Source: a virus (taxonomy: Duplodnaviria; Caudoviricetes). Taken from it: a stretch of 41,581 nucleotides of DNA. The first letter of the stretch is position 1. Each line of letters begins with the position of its first letter. A program made the position numbers and the translations under genes. Below the pieces are notes generated by a model, which made no database searches, had not been told where the DNA came from, and worked only from the letters and a program-made list of their open reading frames with translations. The stretch is taken from positions 1 to 41,581 of IMG/VR virus record IMGVR_UViG_3300025803_000022, one strand, 5' to 3'. Positions 1 to 10,466 of the stretch are shown here, piece by piece.

Positions 1-1256
1 TGGTACCTCACGGGGAACTCCTTAGCGTCATGGACGTCAGTGTCCCTCAGTGATTGAGCAGTCACATCGCTAGTGATAATACTGGGGTATGCCAACTTAG
101 CAATGTTCAAGTCTACATCCCCTGCCAGAGTATCAATGTTCGCAATCTTGAGAGTCGCTGGACCCGCACCAGGACGAAGATCGTCAGGGGTTGACCCGCC
201 GCTACGAGACTTATACTTGTACTCAATCAGCTCTTTGTAGTCTGTGTCCCATACTTCTTGTAGTGAACCCATGATGTTCTGAGCCAGAGTTGGCTGCTGC
301 TCCATAGTCTCTTTATCCAAGTCAAACATCTCAATCAGTACTTCATCAGGCATCGCTGCTGCTGTGGAATCAAAGTACTTATAGTTTGGGTCGCGCAGCC
401 GTTCCATTATCTGTTCTGCTGCCATGAGTCGCCACTCATATTGCTCTGACTCACGATTGACTGTACTGAAATCCATAGGGTCCCTCCAGTGCCGAGTGTA
501 ATCGCGGCTGATGTCGTCCCAATTGAAGGGGAGGTTCCGAGCCATGCGAGCAGAGACCAAGTTCTCCGCCAAATCCTCCATGTCTCGTGGGGCTACACGC
601 ATAGTGCTGGGGGTGAACCAGCTTTTATCATTGAAGTGTCGCGCCATGCGCCCGTCGATCTCAGTGCCGTCCATAGGTTCACCAGTCTTTGGGTCTACAT
701 CCATCCCCATGACAGAGAAACTACCATCATTGTTGCGCACAACGTGAGGGTTTTGCATCAAGCCTTTCGTTTGATAGTTCCATTTCTCTTGGAACTCCTG
801 CATACTTGCATTCAACCTGCGGTCTGCAGGTAGGCTCGATTGCATAGTGTTGTACGCTTCGGATTGAGGGTCAATAAAGTTGGCGTAGTCATGCGACGCA
901 GCAATCATATCCTGGTCAACTAGGTACTTGTCCGCCGATTTAATAAAGTTCTCGTACTCTATCTTCATCATACTCGGTGCGACACTGGGATCCATGGATA
1001 GAATCTGAGGTACGCGCTCAGTACGAAAGCGGTCCCACTCCTGCGTGATATATGGTTTGAAGAACGGGTGATAGTCCTGATCGATACCTCCAAGCTCCCC
1101 CAACGCTTTTGCGCGGGCCTCGTTGGCTGCCTTTAAAGCAGCAGCCTGCTGTTTCCTGTTCGCCGCGTACTGTTTGTTGCGTGCTATGTATGCCTGGGGG
1201 ATGAGCTCCATCCCCTTAGTCAAGTCAGGTATGGCGATCTTGCCTGTATACCTCAT
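1..1256 (-). CDS. Hypothetical protein, probable internal virion/ejection protein (partial, runs off left end)
   Basis: Not in the ORF track. ATG at 1256 overlaps the upstream TGA (ATGA); frame MRYTGKIAIPDLTKGMELIPQAYIARNKQYAANRKQQAAALKAANEARAK... stays open to the window edge. Function inferred from position after the tail genes. Confidence 0.7.
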   Translation of the reverse strand, partial: MRYTGKIAIPDLTKGMELIPQAYIARNKQYAANRKQQAAALKAANEARAKALGELGGIDQDYHPFFKPYITQEWDRFRTERVPQILSMDPSVAPSMMKIEYENFIKSADKYLVDQDMIAASHDYANFIDPQSEAYNTMQSSLPADRRLNASMQEFQEKWNYQTKGLMQNPHVVRNNDGSFSVMGMDVDPKTGEPMDGTEIDGRMARHFNDKSWFTPSTMRVAPRDMEDLAENLVSARMARNLPFNWDDISRDYTRHWRDPMDFSTVNRESEQYEWRLMAAEQIMERLRDPNYKYFDSTAAAMPDEVLIEMFDLDKETMEQQPTLAQNIMGSLQEVWDTDYKELIEYKYKSRSGGSTPDDLRPGAGPATLKIANIDTLAGDVDLNIAKLAYPSIITSDVTAQSLRDTDVHDAKEFPVRY

Positions 1257-2422
1257 GCCTGTTGAAATTGCGGCAAGGAGAACAGCATGCTCATATAGCC
1301 CAGCAAGCCATTCGCATCACGAGACTCAATGAAGTCCTCGATTTTATCAGTCTGCTCTGGATTAAAGACGACCTCACCACCTGTTAGCTCCCCCTCTTTC
1401 TGTCCATTCTCCTCGTCGATGATGGCCTTCTTGTTTGTGTCGTGACTAAACTCCCCTTCAGTTACACCGCCACCCTCGGCGATGTAGCCGCCCTGACGGA
1501 ATTGATACCCCCCGTAAGGCAAGATGCCAGTGAAATTTTGGAAGTCATCAACACTGCCCATAGATCCAACCCCGTAGGTGTTCCATCCAAAGCCTTGATC
1601 ACGAATGACATCCTCTAGATCCGCCCCCTGAAAAGCATTCGCCAGCTCTTTGTTGGTCATGGCTTCCAAGGGGTTTGCCATATCAGTTTGATACGGACCT
1701 GAGTAAAGACTTACTTTACCAGGACTAGACGAACCAGTACCAAATTTTTCAAAATCCGCTGGGTCATACGTCGGTGCATATTCTTCTGTCGCACCATCAG
1801 CACCTCCGCCGCCCTGACGCTGCGTTCTAGCTAGTGCCCGTTGATCAGGCGTACCTGAAGCGGCAATGAGTGATGAACTCAAGGTGTTGCCTGCAGCAGC
1901 AAACTGTTCCGCAGTGGCAGCTTTAGATCCAAAGTATGCGTCCATACCCGTATTGATACGGGCCAGATCACGCTCCCTGGTGTCAGCGATGTTGAACTCC
2001 ATGCCACGCTTGACATCCTCCAACCCCTCACTGCGCTTAGTTAAACCAGCTTCCCCCTGCAGCTTCAGCATCGCACCCTCTAGGCGTGCATCGCGCTTGC
2101 CCTTCATTAGATCGCTGACTTTACCTACAGCAGCCATCTCCTCACGGGCATCACCAATGCCCGCCATCATCTGAGATGCGAGCTCATCGGCATCAGCCAC
2201 CCCCGCCTTAGATAGCTCCTCTGCCACCTGGTAGTACGTGTCGCGAAGCTTATAGCTCTGCTGCCCTACGCCAACCTCGTCAGCGATGCGAGACAGGTTG
2301 CCTAGCGTGATGTCGTAGTCTGCTTCTCCCTGAGCAGCCAGAGCCTGACCTTCTTTGCCGATCTCTTGATTCTCAAGATACCCCAGTGTCTGCCCTACTG
2401 CAAATGGTATTAGTTGCCACAT
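1253..2422 (-). CDS. Probable ejection/cargo protein, Ala/Gly-rich and helical
   Basis: 389 aa; hydrophobic N-terminus, coiled-coil-like middle, C-terminal YQFRQGGYIAEGG...GEFSH..N...ELTGGEVVFN; follows the muzzle gene; own TAnnTTTG box. Confidence 0.55.
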   Translation of the reverse strand: MWQLIPFAVGQTLGYLENQEIGKEGQALAAQGEADYDITLGNLSRIADEVGVGQQSYKLRDTYYQVAEELSKAGVADADELASQMMAGIGDAREEMAAVGKVSDLMKGKRDARLEGAMLKLQGEAGLTKRSEGLEDVKRGMEFNIADTRERDLARINTGMDAYFGSKAATAEQFAAAGNTLSSSLIAASGTPDQRALARTQRQGGGGADGATEEYAPTYDPADFEKFGTGSSSPGKVSLYSGPYQTDMANPLEAMTNKELANAFQGADLEDVIRDQGFGWNTYGVGSMGSVDDFQNFTGILPYGGYQFRQGGYIAEGGGVTEGEFSHDTNKKAIIDEENGQKEGELTGGEVVFNPEQTDKIEDFIESRDANGLLGYMSMLFSLPQFQQA

Positions 2423-2430
2423 TGTAATTG

Positions 2431-2438
2431 CAAAAGTA
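2431..2438 (-). promoter_or_regulatory. Bacteroidota-type -7 promoter box
   Basis: TACTTTTG, 8 nt before ATG 2422. Confidence 0.6.
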
Positions 2439-2443
2439 AATAA

Positions 2444-3391
2444 TTATTGTCTACGCCTCGTTTGCTTGCTTGCTCCTGACGCCCCGCCAGACCTACGATT
2501 GTATCGTTCATCACGATGATCATAGTCAGTCTCTTCGTATTCTAAATTCAAGGCGTACAATTCGTAGTTTGCGGCCCCTAAAGTGATGACAGCATTCACA
2601 GTCTGCCCCCGCGCCTGCTCACCGTTTACTTCTCCTGGCGTAGCAGAATACAAGTAGGTATTACCTGCACCAGGGAGTGTGATCGCGCCCCCAGAAAAAT
2701 ATATAACGTTGGTACCGATAGACTCAGTGGTTGCAAGCGGAGCTAGAGCCAGAGCAGTAGGGATATTATTGTATGCTACGGGGTTGATAACGTTTGTAAC
2801 GTTGAATTGAAAATAAGTTGTCGCAGTAGTCCCATTGGGGTTGTCTTGCACATTGGCAAAAAAGTATCTGGTAGATCCATCAGCATCTAGGTTGTACGAA
2901 TCTCCTCCATCAATAAACTGTATCTCAACAGTGTTTATGGCCCCATTGGTCACACCCTGCACCACCCCTACAAGTTTGACGTTAGCTCCCGTCAGCCTCT
3001 GATCCAGCCCGACACTGCCATACATAATTCCACCCTTCTCCTCTAAGACGGTGGCAGTAGGGTTTACCGCCTGGGCAGCTACAGTACTATCATTAACCGT
3101 CAACACGGACACGCCGTTCACGTTGTTGGTTGACTCCAAAGAAAAAGCTTTGTAAATCTTATTGCTACTCGCATTTTCGTTGAAGGTCACAGCAATAGCA
3201 CTCCCGCCCTGCGCATTGTAGAAATTAGTACGACCTGCCGTCTCACTATTGTGCTCCCATATAGGCGCCGTCCCAAAGGTTTGGTTGAAGCTAAAGAATA
3301 GGCGGTCAAGGAATGCATAGCAATAGCTATAGAAGCTATAGCGTGTCTTCCAATACCCACCTTTATGACTGAACGCTACTGTATTAGGCAT
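2444..3391 (-). CDS. C-terminal part of tail stabilisation (muzzle) protein, encoded as a separate ORF
   Basis: Likely start ATG 3391 (MPNTVAFSHKGGYWKTRYSF...WEHN...NFY...FNENASSNKIYKAFSLE), resembling the motif series that normally follows GYDP..DEY in crAss-like stabilisation proteins. Confidence 0.6.
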   Translation of the reverse strand: MPNTVAFSHKGGYWKTRYSFYSYCYAFLDRLFFSFNQTFGTAPIWEHNSETAGRTNFYNAQGGSAIAVTFNENASSNKIYKAFSLESTNNVNGVSVLTVNDSTVAAQAVNPTATVLEEKGGIMYGSVGLDQRLTGANVKLVGVVQGVTNGAINTVEIQFIDGGDSYNLDADGSTRYFFANVQDNPNGTTATTYFQFNVTNVINPVAYNNIPTALALAPLATTESIGTNVIYFSGGAITLPGAGNTYLYSATPGEVNGEQARGQTVNAVITLGAANYELYALNLEYEETDYDHRDERYNRRSGGASGASKQTRRRQ

Positions 3392-6300
3392 TACTAGGAG
3401 TTGTATAGTTAATAGCATTTACTATAGCAGTATTCACTTGGTCTTCTGTCAACTGAACGTTGTCGGCAATAGCACCAAATCGGAGAAATGGATTAAGGGA
3501 TACAGCGGGGTTAGCAATCAAGGTCGAATCAGGTATATTTTGACTGGTATAAACATCAATAAATTTTTGGGTGAGCTCAGGAGACCAACTGGTCCCTTCC
3601 TGCATGTCTGCGTAAGGCTCCATAAGAATCATAATCTCCTGCATAGCAGCGCCAGTATCACCTATAACCTGCCAAACAAACCCAGGGGGATAGGCGCCGA
3701 TAAGTAGGTTCCAGAAATTATCTCCTAAGTCCAGCCTGTCTTTCGTTTGTGAGCCACCTTCGAATACTCCAGGTGTCCCCCAATATCCAGCCTGGTATGA
3801 CGCAGATTCCCACGGGAATTCAACGGGGAATAATGATTGATCTATCCACGTATATGACCCTGTAGCTAGGTTTACGTCATATCGCCCCGCCTCTAAATTC
3901 TTTAGTTGTGCACGAACCCACGGGTATCTTTGCAGATGGAAGCCCGCTGAAGGATTCGAGTCAATCGCTACAATATTAAGATTAGCTGCCTCAGCCATAT
4001 TAATGTAGACTTGTAGCGCATCAGGCTCTGTCATCATCGTGGCTATCTGGATTCCTCGTAGACCAGCAACTTTAACGAGTGGTTGATATATTGCAAATGG
4101 GTTGAGGAAAGCACCATCAGCGTCTGTAGCGCCAGAAGAAATTAGCGCATTGCCTAAATCTTGGGACGTAAGCAATGCCTCACCAGTAATATTCAGTGGA
4201 TTAGTAAAACCGTCAAGATTCGTTAAAGCTCGGATGCCATCTGGATCATCTCGTAGACTGATGAATTGCTGTGCCAATTTTTGACTAGCAGAAAATTCAG
4301 AGGCGGATATAGTTGTAGGATCAACACCGACGTTTGGCATTTGACTCAGCAGCGTCTCTCCGATATCGGCCAAAACTTGCGCAACAAATTGGGCGCCTAG
4401 GTCTGGGGTTAGGGCATCAGCAGTCGTGGCATTGTTGGTAATAATAAACTGAATCAGAGGATCAAAATCTCGTGTTACGTCGCTGTATGTCAGGAGTCCA
4501 TCCTGAGCAATTGTATTGATGCTTGACGACTCCAACTGTGTAGATGTCACACCTGAAATAAGTGGTTCACCCCCATCGAAATTCAAGGTGGCGTCACTCA
4601 ATGCCTGTACTTGATCCGTTAGCACATCCACTTGATTGCGCAAGGTGGCATTGGCCGATGCTAAATCTGTCAAAATAGACGATAAGTTTACGCCCTCCAA
4701 TCCCAAAAGCGGAATGAATGTATCCCCTACCGTAGCCAGAAGGGAATTAAACTGATTTAATACATTGTACTCGATAGGTCCTAATGGATACGATGTTTCA
4801 GTAAAGCTACCAAAACCACCGACCAGGGTAGTCTGACCATCTGGATCGCTCAGGGTCTGAATGGTAGTACTGCCCAATACAGTCAAAGCGAATTGTTCCA
4901 GGTCAGTAATTGCTACCAGTGTTTGGTTCAGCAAAGCTGCAATATTTGGGTCATTGTTTATACCCAGCGTAGTCAGTTGCGCAATGACATTATCAAGATC
5001 GCCTGGTAGTTGGTTGATCAGCTGTAGTATTTCTGTTTCTGGACCATTTTTAATACTGGCAATGAGCTCGTTCTTTTTCTGAACGAGATAATGTTTGCGG
5101 ACTTCGACTGCACCACGCAATGAAAGATTGCCAAACAGCACCTCCCCCTCGCCTAACCTCGCTCTGTAATTGGACGCATCGATATTATTGAGATCAAAAG
5201 TCACCCAAGATGAGATCGGGTTATTAGGATTCGGATTGCCATTAATATTTTGCGGAATGCCCGTTATTGTGGTATCACCATCAAAACTTAGCTGCGAATC
5301 TCCTGGACCATTCCATGTCCATGGTCCTAGGGTTTCGCGTAAAGCAACAGGCCATATTTCCCTGACATCTACTGTAAACGGATTGAATCCGCCTCCAAGT
5401 TGGATACGGGTTGTGTAACTGCTTGGTTCATATGGATCAGCATATCCAGCCGTACCACCATTAGAGGTATCATCAATTATACCTTGATTGAATACAACAA
5501 CATCAATTTGACCCTTGCCAGAGTTGCCAATACCATCTCCATTCGGCGCTGGCCACCCATCGTTTTCGGTAGGAGAAACCCCATCGGGCGCTGTGCCACC
5601 TGTACTTATGATCTCATCCGTGTAATCTGTTGCGGGACCGCCATATGAAGTATCCCAATCAATTACGCCTTCACCTTCCTCACCAAAGCCAGAACCCCCG
5701 TCTCCGAGACCTACATCGGTCAAAAGACCCAAATTGGGCTGCGTGTATTCATTAATGCCTGGTTCTGCCAACGCCTCAGTGGTCAACACAGTAATGATAT
5801 ACTCGTCATTTAGCGGATCATATCCACTGACCACACGAACCAGGTCCCCGTAGCCGTAGTCCTCGAACACATCTACGAAGAAGGCGTTCATGCCTGCGTC
5901 AGAGATAACCTGGAGCCCGCCCTTGGGGCTGAAGCGATACACTTGCTTGTTGGTTTTGTGAGCAAAGTACACGCTGTCATCGACCTTGATAACACTCTCC
6001 CTATTGTTGTCTGCCCCTGCGTGCCCAGAAATTAATTGCTGATTGCCCACGACTTTACTGGTTGCAATCAAGCTCTCTGCCCCTAGCACATCACTAATGA
6101 TCTGTCTGTTTATAGGGAGCATACTCGCCTTATCCTCTTGCACAACAAAGAGCGAGTCGTTGTAGTTGAGCAGAGCGTTGATATTTCCAAACTCATTGGG
6201 CAGGTCTTTGAACGGAGCTAGGTATGGGTTGAACACGGTGTACCTAAGACGCCGCACACTGTAGTTATTCTCGTCGCTATAGATCACGCTAGAGAACCTG

Positions 6301-9300
6301 CGTACTTGCGTAGCGTTTGGCTTGTATCTCTTGACTTTACCCAACCCATTTACATCACAGCCAGGGAAGGTGTCATTGAAAGTTGTGCTTTCTAAGTACA
6401 CGCTGCGGAACCGCGCCTGTGTGGGGAAGGTGTTCTCATTGCCTAGGTCATCAACCTCTGGTTGAATGAGGTTTAGGAATTGACTGTTTTGATAATCCTG
6501 AACGTTTACAGGTACAGCTCTCCACCATACGTCGCCATTGTCAAACAACAGTGTTGGCGTCTGGTAGTACACACCCGTATTACCTCGACCTACATTGTAC
6601 ACCTGCGAGGTCTCACGATACAATATCTCCTCCCCTTCTGCTATGCGTCGGGGGGTAATGATCTCCACAATGCAGCGCCCCCTCCAGTAATTAGTGGAAG
6701 TAGTGTTAGCCGCATTGTTCCCAACAATAACATCACTGAATCTAAATCCCTGTGCATCTTGATTATCCTTGATTATTAGGAACTGTCCAGTCAAATGCGT
6801 AGCCTGGACATTATCCGCCTCCATAAGAGGGTTTGTATCTGCGTCGGCAGTCAATGTCACCTGCCCTGCAATCTCAAAGATTAGATTGGTTGGATAGACC
6901 TGGTTCGTAGCATCAGTGTAGTAGCTGATGACGCGTAGGTAATCACCAGGGGAGTACACATACAGGTCGCTTGTGCCGTCAGGGTGCACCGCCCCAAAGG
7001 CATTAGCATACGAAACTGTCGGGTGGAATTGAAGGTGATTCAGAGAAACGTAAAGGTTATTGAGCTGCTCTTCTGCGCCATCAATAGCATGGTAAGCACC
7101 CCCCACACTGTACTGAATAAAATTTTGTACTGTGCTATTGCCTGCGTACACAAGCTGATAGTAGAATGCCCAATCTGGTGGGTCGCTCAGTAGTTCTACT
7201 TGCAAAGCCACCCTGCCTTGAAAGCCAATGCCATTTCTTTCTGCAGGTGAATACCCTGGAACAAAGACAGGATCAATAGGCTGGACATTGCCTGGGCGTC
7301 CACGCTGATCGTAGTGGATGATACCCAAAGCATGAGTGGCGTTGGTCTTAAAACTCCTAAAGGCCCCGCTCAGGTCTGACTCGCCTAAGAATATGTCCGT
7401 TTGAATCTCTGCCCTAGGCCCCGCCGTTCCCTCAGGTACGCTAGTCTCGAACTCATAAAATTGAGCGCCGCCGCCAGCGCCGTCAGTCGCAGCCCCTACA
7501 CCACCAGAATTAATAAGCGACCCCCCGATCCGCTCAAAAGCGGACTGAAAGATGAGTGGAGTGGGCAGCAAGTCACCAATCTGTGCACCTTGTAAGTGTT
7601 GCGGAAAGTTAGTAGCCCACGCCGCACAACCGTACATCACCGCCATAGTGCCATAGCACCCGATGTCTGGATCGTTGGGAGTAAAGACGTGGTCTAAACC
7701 GTCAAAACCATTCTCCAAGTTCTCAGTGTCAAGGTATTCCCCCCGATATACAGCGGGGTGTGACTCACCATCCTGCAATGATGTCCCCACTGCCTCAAAG
7801 CCAATGCCAAATAGGTTTACCTCATTGACTTCCAGGTTATTACTAATCAAAATTTGCTCCCTCCTCTCTCTGTTATTTACAAAAAGATCACCCCCAGGAA
7901 TAGGGTTACCGACCCCAACGGTTTGGCTGTACAAGAAGCCTAGATAACGGGCACGCCTATCTAGGGGCAGCAAATCATTATCATCGCCCTGCGCAATATT
8001 AGCCAGGAATGCACTCATGTCTCTGGGATCTGCGGAAGGCATATCCAGAACATTGTATTGGTTGAGGTAAGATGCAGAGAATACCCGCCACCCCTCAAAG
8101 CGCAAGGGTTGATCAAAAGGACCAACACCCCCATCTAAGATACCCCCTGGATTAAGGATAGGTAGGCAGGTACGCACGTCGCAGTCGCCCACCTGGTCCA
8201 ACTCAAGGTAGAAGACCAGAGATCCCAGCGGATCGTTAGTTATAGTTGGCATGGCCCTCAACCGAAAACTCAAGGTTGCTGAATTGACAATGCAAAATCC
8301 TTGGGCTGCGTTAGAATTCCAGACACTGGCCACCGTACCGTAAGTATCATTGGCCGTAGCGGAGCCCACGGGGAAGATGAGCTTAGCCACATCTCTATGT
8401 GCCGAATTCTTGGTTGGGAGGATAGCGTATTCTGGAGTGTCGGTATTGATTACGCTGTAAGTTGCTTCCTGCCCAGAGCCTGGAGCTTCAGGGCCAGTGC
8501 CCAAAAACATCTGCCCTACCCCTTCTATGCCGTCAGGTGCAGTTGCAGGATCATTCAAATAAGCTTGATACTCAGGGCTCTCGGTTGGATCTTTTAAACC
8601 TAGGTCAAATCCATACGAAGGGGTTATCTGCGAGTTCGTAACCTCCCACCCTTGAATTAAGAAGTCGCTGCCCTGTAGCCCATACCGAAGCACATCGCGT
8701 ACTGACGTCTGAGGATTCGTGATTGCCCCCTGTGCCGTCGCAGTAAAACTAAAGACCAATTGCTCCGATGCGCCTTGCGGTCCACGGAATCGTAATGGCG
8801 ACAGACCATGTCCGCCAACACGAGCGCCATTTTCGTATGGTGTACCAAATACGCTTTGCGCCTGAGCTATGGTTTGCCACCGAAGCGTGTCTCTACCTAC
8901 ACCCTCACCAATAAAGCCTACAGGAAGCGTGCCGTTCAGACTAAAAGTTCCAGTAGTATTGGATGAGGCATAATTCTCACCTGGGAGCTGCCCATTTTGG
9001 AGGGCGTTGTTTTGCGTAAAGTCGAGTGTTTGAGCGTTGGTGGCATTTAATCCGTCACCAAGCAGCTGATTGGCGTGAAAGTTCTTCGCTCCCTGATATG
9101 CCTCTACTGCCCCACCAAAAGCCACGCGGATCAAGCACGTAAGAACAGCCCCGTCTGGTAGCGTATCAGGTAGTTGAGAAAGGTCCATGACAAACCCTGT
9201 AGACTTCTCACGAAACGCCGTGGGGTCACCCGCAAGAGTTAGCTCGCTGTCCATAGGGACAATTACAGGACTGACGGGGATGTTGATATTAATAAACTCA

Positions 9301-10466
9301 TTAGGCCTGTCTTGATACAACACGTTGACATTCGCCTCTAGAGGAACCTCATCAAATCCCTCTACGTAGTTGCCATAGAACAATCTGTTTTCAACCACAG
9401 CTAGAGCCTCAGCTACCTGTGGGTGCGCATCGAAGTCTCTATTCTGCTCTTCATTGGTCAACCCCGTCAGTACCTCGTCGTTGTAGAAGTTGTAGACAAC
9501 TGGAGCGCCACCGACGCTCGTCCAATCAACCTCATCGATTTCATACCACGCCCCTATATTACCTTGACGAACCAGCAAGCGAATGCGTTGAACCTCCTCA
9601 GAGAAGTTGGGCATCCCATCAACTTGTGAAGGAACCACCAGCTGTAAAAACTTCGGTAGTTCTAGCTGTGTAGCAGTAAAGCCTTGCCGCAAGTATTCTT
9701 CGGGCACCGCGATATCCGAGTATGTCGAAATCGCAGACTCCTCGCCTGTGTAGTAGATGCATTGATACGCAAACTGCATACCAGGGATCCGACGGAAGTT
9801 GCTTTGGGCGCGTTCGGGGTCGGGCAGAAACTCAAACTGAATCGGGTGAATGGGCGCTTTGGTGCAAGCAGTAATGACATCGACGTCATCAACACTGTTT
9901 TCTGTGTACTCAAAGCCAGTAGGGTCATATCCATTCTCCACACAGCGCAAGACATCAATCCTGCGTGGCTCATTCTCGTTGTCTGTGAAATACAGGATGG
10001 GACGGAACGTATCGTTAGGACCAGTGATGTGCACGACATCCCCTACAACCCTACCTGTAGAGCTAAACTGGAACTCACTAGTCGTGTAGATTGGTCGCCA
10101 TGCCTGATCACCACCTGGCAAAAATCCGTAAGCATCATATGCATACACCCCCATCTCACTCGGCGTCTCCGAATAGATGAACATGTACACAACCCCCGCA
10201 CGAGAGTCAACCACCCTGCCTAGGACCCGCCTATTGACTGCAGGCGTAGGGGGGAATACAGCATCAAGGTCATACGTTTTGATAGGCCTGGCTTCATTGC
10301 CCTTTTGAGGCTTAATAACCCCAGCGTCACCCCCCTCGTTCGCACCGCCTAACGCATCAAAATCCTCTGTCGCGACGATATTCAAAGCGTCGTTCATCTC
10401 GGTCTTCGAGCGAATCCGATTGTCTTTGCTGGAATTTAAAATGCGAGGAAAAATCTTATCGATCAT
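3384..10466 (-). CDS. Tail stabilisation/muzzle protein (P22 gp10-like, crAss-type) with large insertions
   Basis: 2360 aa; motifs LYFTDNENEPRRI, QFAYQCIY..GEESAISTYS, NRLFYGNYVEGFD, SFKT...HALGIIHYDQRGR, KDLPNEFGNI, GYDPLNDEY; lies after two ring-protein genes. Confidence 0.75.
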   Translation of the reverse strand: MIDKIFPRILNSSKDNRIRSKTEMNDALNIVATEDFDALGGANEGGDAGVIKPQKGNEARPIKTYDLDAVFPPTPAVNRRVLGRVVDSRAGVVYMFIYSETPSEMGVYAYDAYGFLPGGDQAWRPIYTTSEFQFSSTGRVVGDVVHITGPNDTFRPILYFTDNENEPRRIDVLRCVENGYDPTGFEYTENSVDDVDVITACTKAPIHPIQFEFLPDPERAQSNFRRIPGMQFAYQCIYYTGEESAISTYSDIAVPEEYLRQGFTATQLELPKFLQLVVPSQVDGMPNFSEEVQRIRLLVRQGNIGAWYEIDEVDWTSVGGAPVVYNFYNDEVLTGLTNEEQNRDFDAHPQVAEALAVVENRLFYGNYVEGFDEVPLEANVNVLYQDRPNEFININIPVSPVIVPMDSELTLAGDPTAFREKSTGFVMDLSQLPDTLPDGAVLTCLIRVAFGGAVEAYQGAKNFHANQLLGDGLNATNAQTLDFTQNNALQNGQLPGENYASSNTTGTFSLNGTLPVGFIGEGVGRDTLRWQTIAQAQSVFGTPYENGARVGGHGLSPLRFRGPQGASEQLVFSFTATAQGAITNPQTSVRDVLRYGLQGSDFLIQGWEVTNSQITPSYGFDLGLKDPTESPEYQAYLNDPATAPDGIEGVGQMFLGTGPEAPGSGQEATYSVINTDTPEYAILPTKNSAHRDVAKLIFPVGSATANDTYGTVASVWNSNAAQGFCIVNSATLSFRLRAMPTITNDPLGSLVFYLELDQVGDCDVRTCLPILNPGGILDGGVGPFDQPLRFEGWRVFSASYLNQYNVLDMPSADPRDMSAFLANIAQGDDNDLLPLDRRARYLGFLYSQTVGVGNPIPGGDLFVNNRERREQILISNNLEVNEVNLFGIGFEAVGTSLQDGESHPAVYRGEYLDTENLENGFDGLDHVFTPNDPDIGCYGTMAVMYGCAAWATNFPQHLQGAQIGDLLPTPLIFQSAFERIGGSLINSGGVGAATDGAGGGAQFYEFETSVPEGTAGPRAEIQTDIFLGESDLSGAFRSFKTNATHALGIIHYDQRGRPGNVQPIDPVFVPGYSPAERNGIGFQGRVALQVELLSDPPDWAFYYQLVYAGNSTVQNFIQYSVGGAYHAIDGAEEQLNNLYVSLNHLQFHPTVSYANAFGAVHPDGTSDLYVYSPGDYLRVISYYTDATNQVYPTNLIFEIAGQVTLTADADTNPLMEADNVQATHLTGQFLIIKDNQDAQGFRFSDVIVGNNAANTTSTNYWRGRCIVEIITPRRIAEGEEILYRETSQVYNVGRGNTGVYYQTPTLLFDNGDVWWRAVPVNVQDYQNSQFLNLIQPEVDDLGNENTFPTQARFRSVYLESTTFNDTFPGCDVNGLGKVKRYKPNATQVRRFSSVIYSDENNYSVRRLRYTVFNPYLAPFKDLPNEFGNINALLNYNDSLFVVQEDKASMLPINRQIISDVLGAESLIATSKVVGNQQLISGHAGADNNRESVIKVDDSVYFAHKTNKQVYRFSPKGGLQVISDAGMNAFFVDVFEDYGYGDLVRVVSGYDPLNDEYIITVLTTEALAEPGINEYTQPNLGLLTDVGLGDGGSGFGEEGEGVIDWDTSYGGPATDYTDEIISTGGTAPDGVSPTENDGWPAPNGDGIGNSGKGQIDVVVFNQGIIDDTSNGGTAGYADPYEPSSYTTRIQLGGGFNPFTVDVREIWPVALRETLGPWTWNGPGDSQLSFDGDTTITGIPQNINGNPNPNNPISSWVTFDLNNIDASNYRARLGEGEVLFGNLSLRGAVEVRKHYLVQKKNELIASIKNGPETEILQLINQLPGDLDNVIAQLTTLGINNDPNIAALLNQTLVAITDLEQFALTVLGSTTIQTLSDPDGQTTLVGGFGSFTETSYPLGPIEYNVLNQFNSLLATVGDTFIPLLGLEGVNLSSILTDLASANATLRNQVDVLTDQVQALSDATLNFDGGEPLISGVTSTQLESSSINTIAQDGLLTYSDVTRDFDPLIQFIITNNATTADALTPDLGAQFVAQVLADIGETLLSQMPNVGVDPTTISASEFSASQKLAQQFISLRDDPDGIRALTNLDGFTNPLNITGEALLTSQDLGNALISSGATDADGAFLNPFAIYQPLVKVAGLRGIQIATMMTEPDALQVYINMAEAANLNIVAIDSNPSAGFHLQRYPWVRAQLKNLEAGRYDVNLATGSYTWIDQSLFPVEFPWESASYQAGYWGTPGVFEGGSQTKDRLDLGDNFWNLLIGAYPPGFVWQVIGDTGAAMQEIMILMEPYADMQEGTSWSPELTQKFIDVYTSQNIPDSTLIANPAVSLNPFLRFGAIADNVQLTEDQVNTAIVNAINYTTPSNA

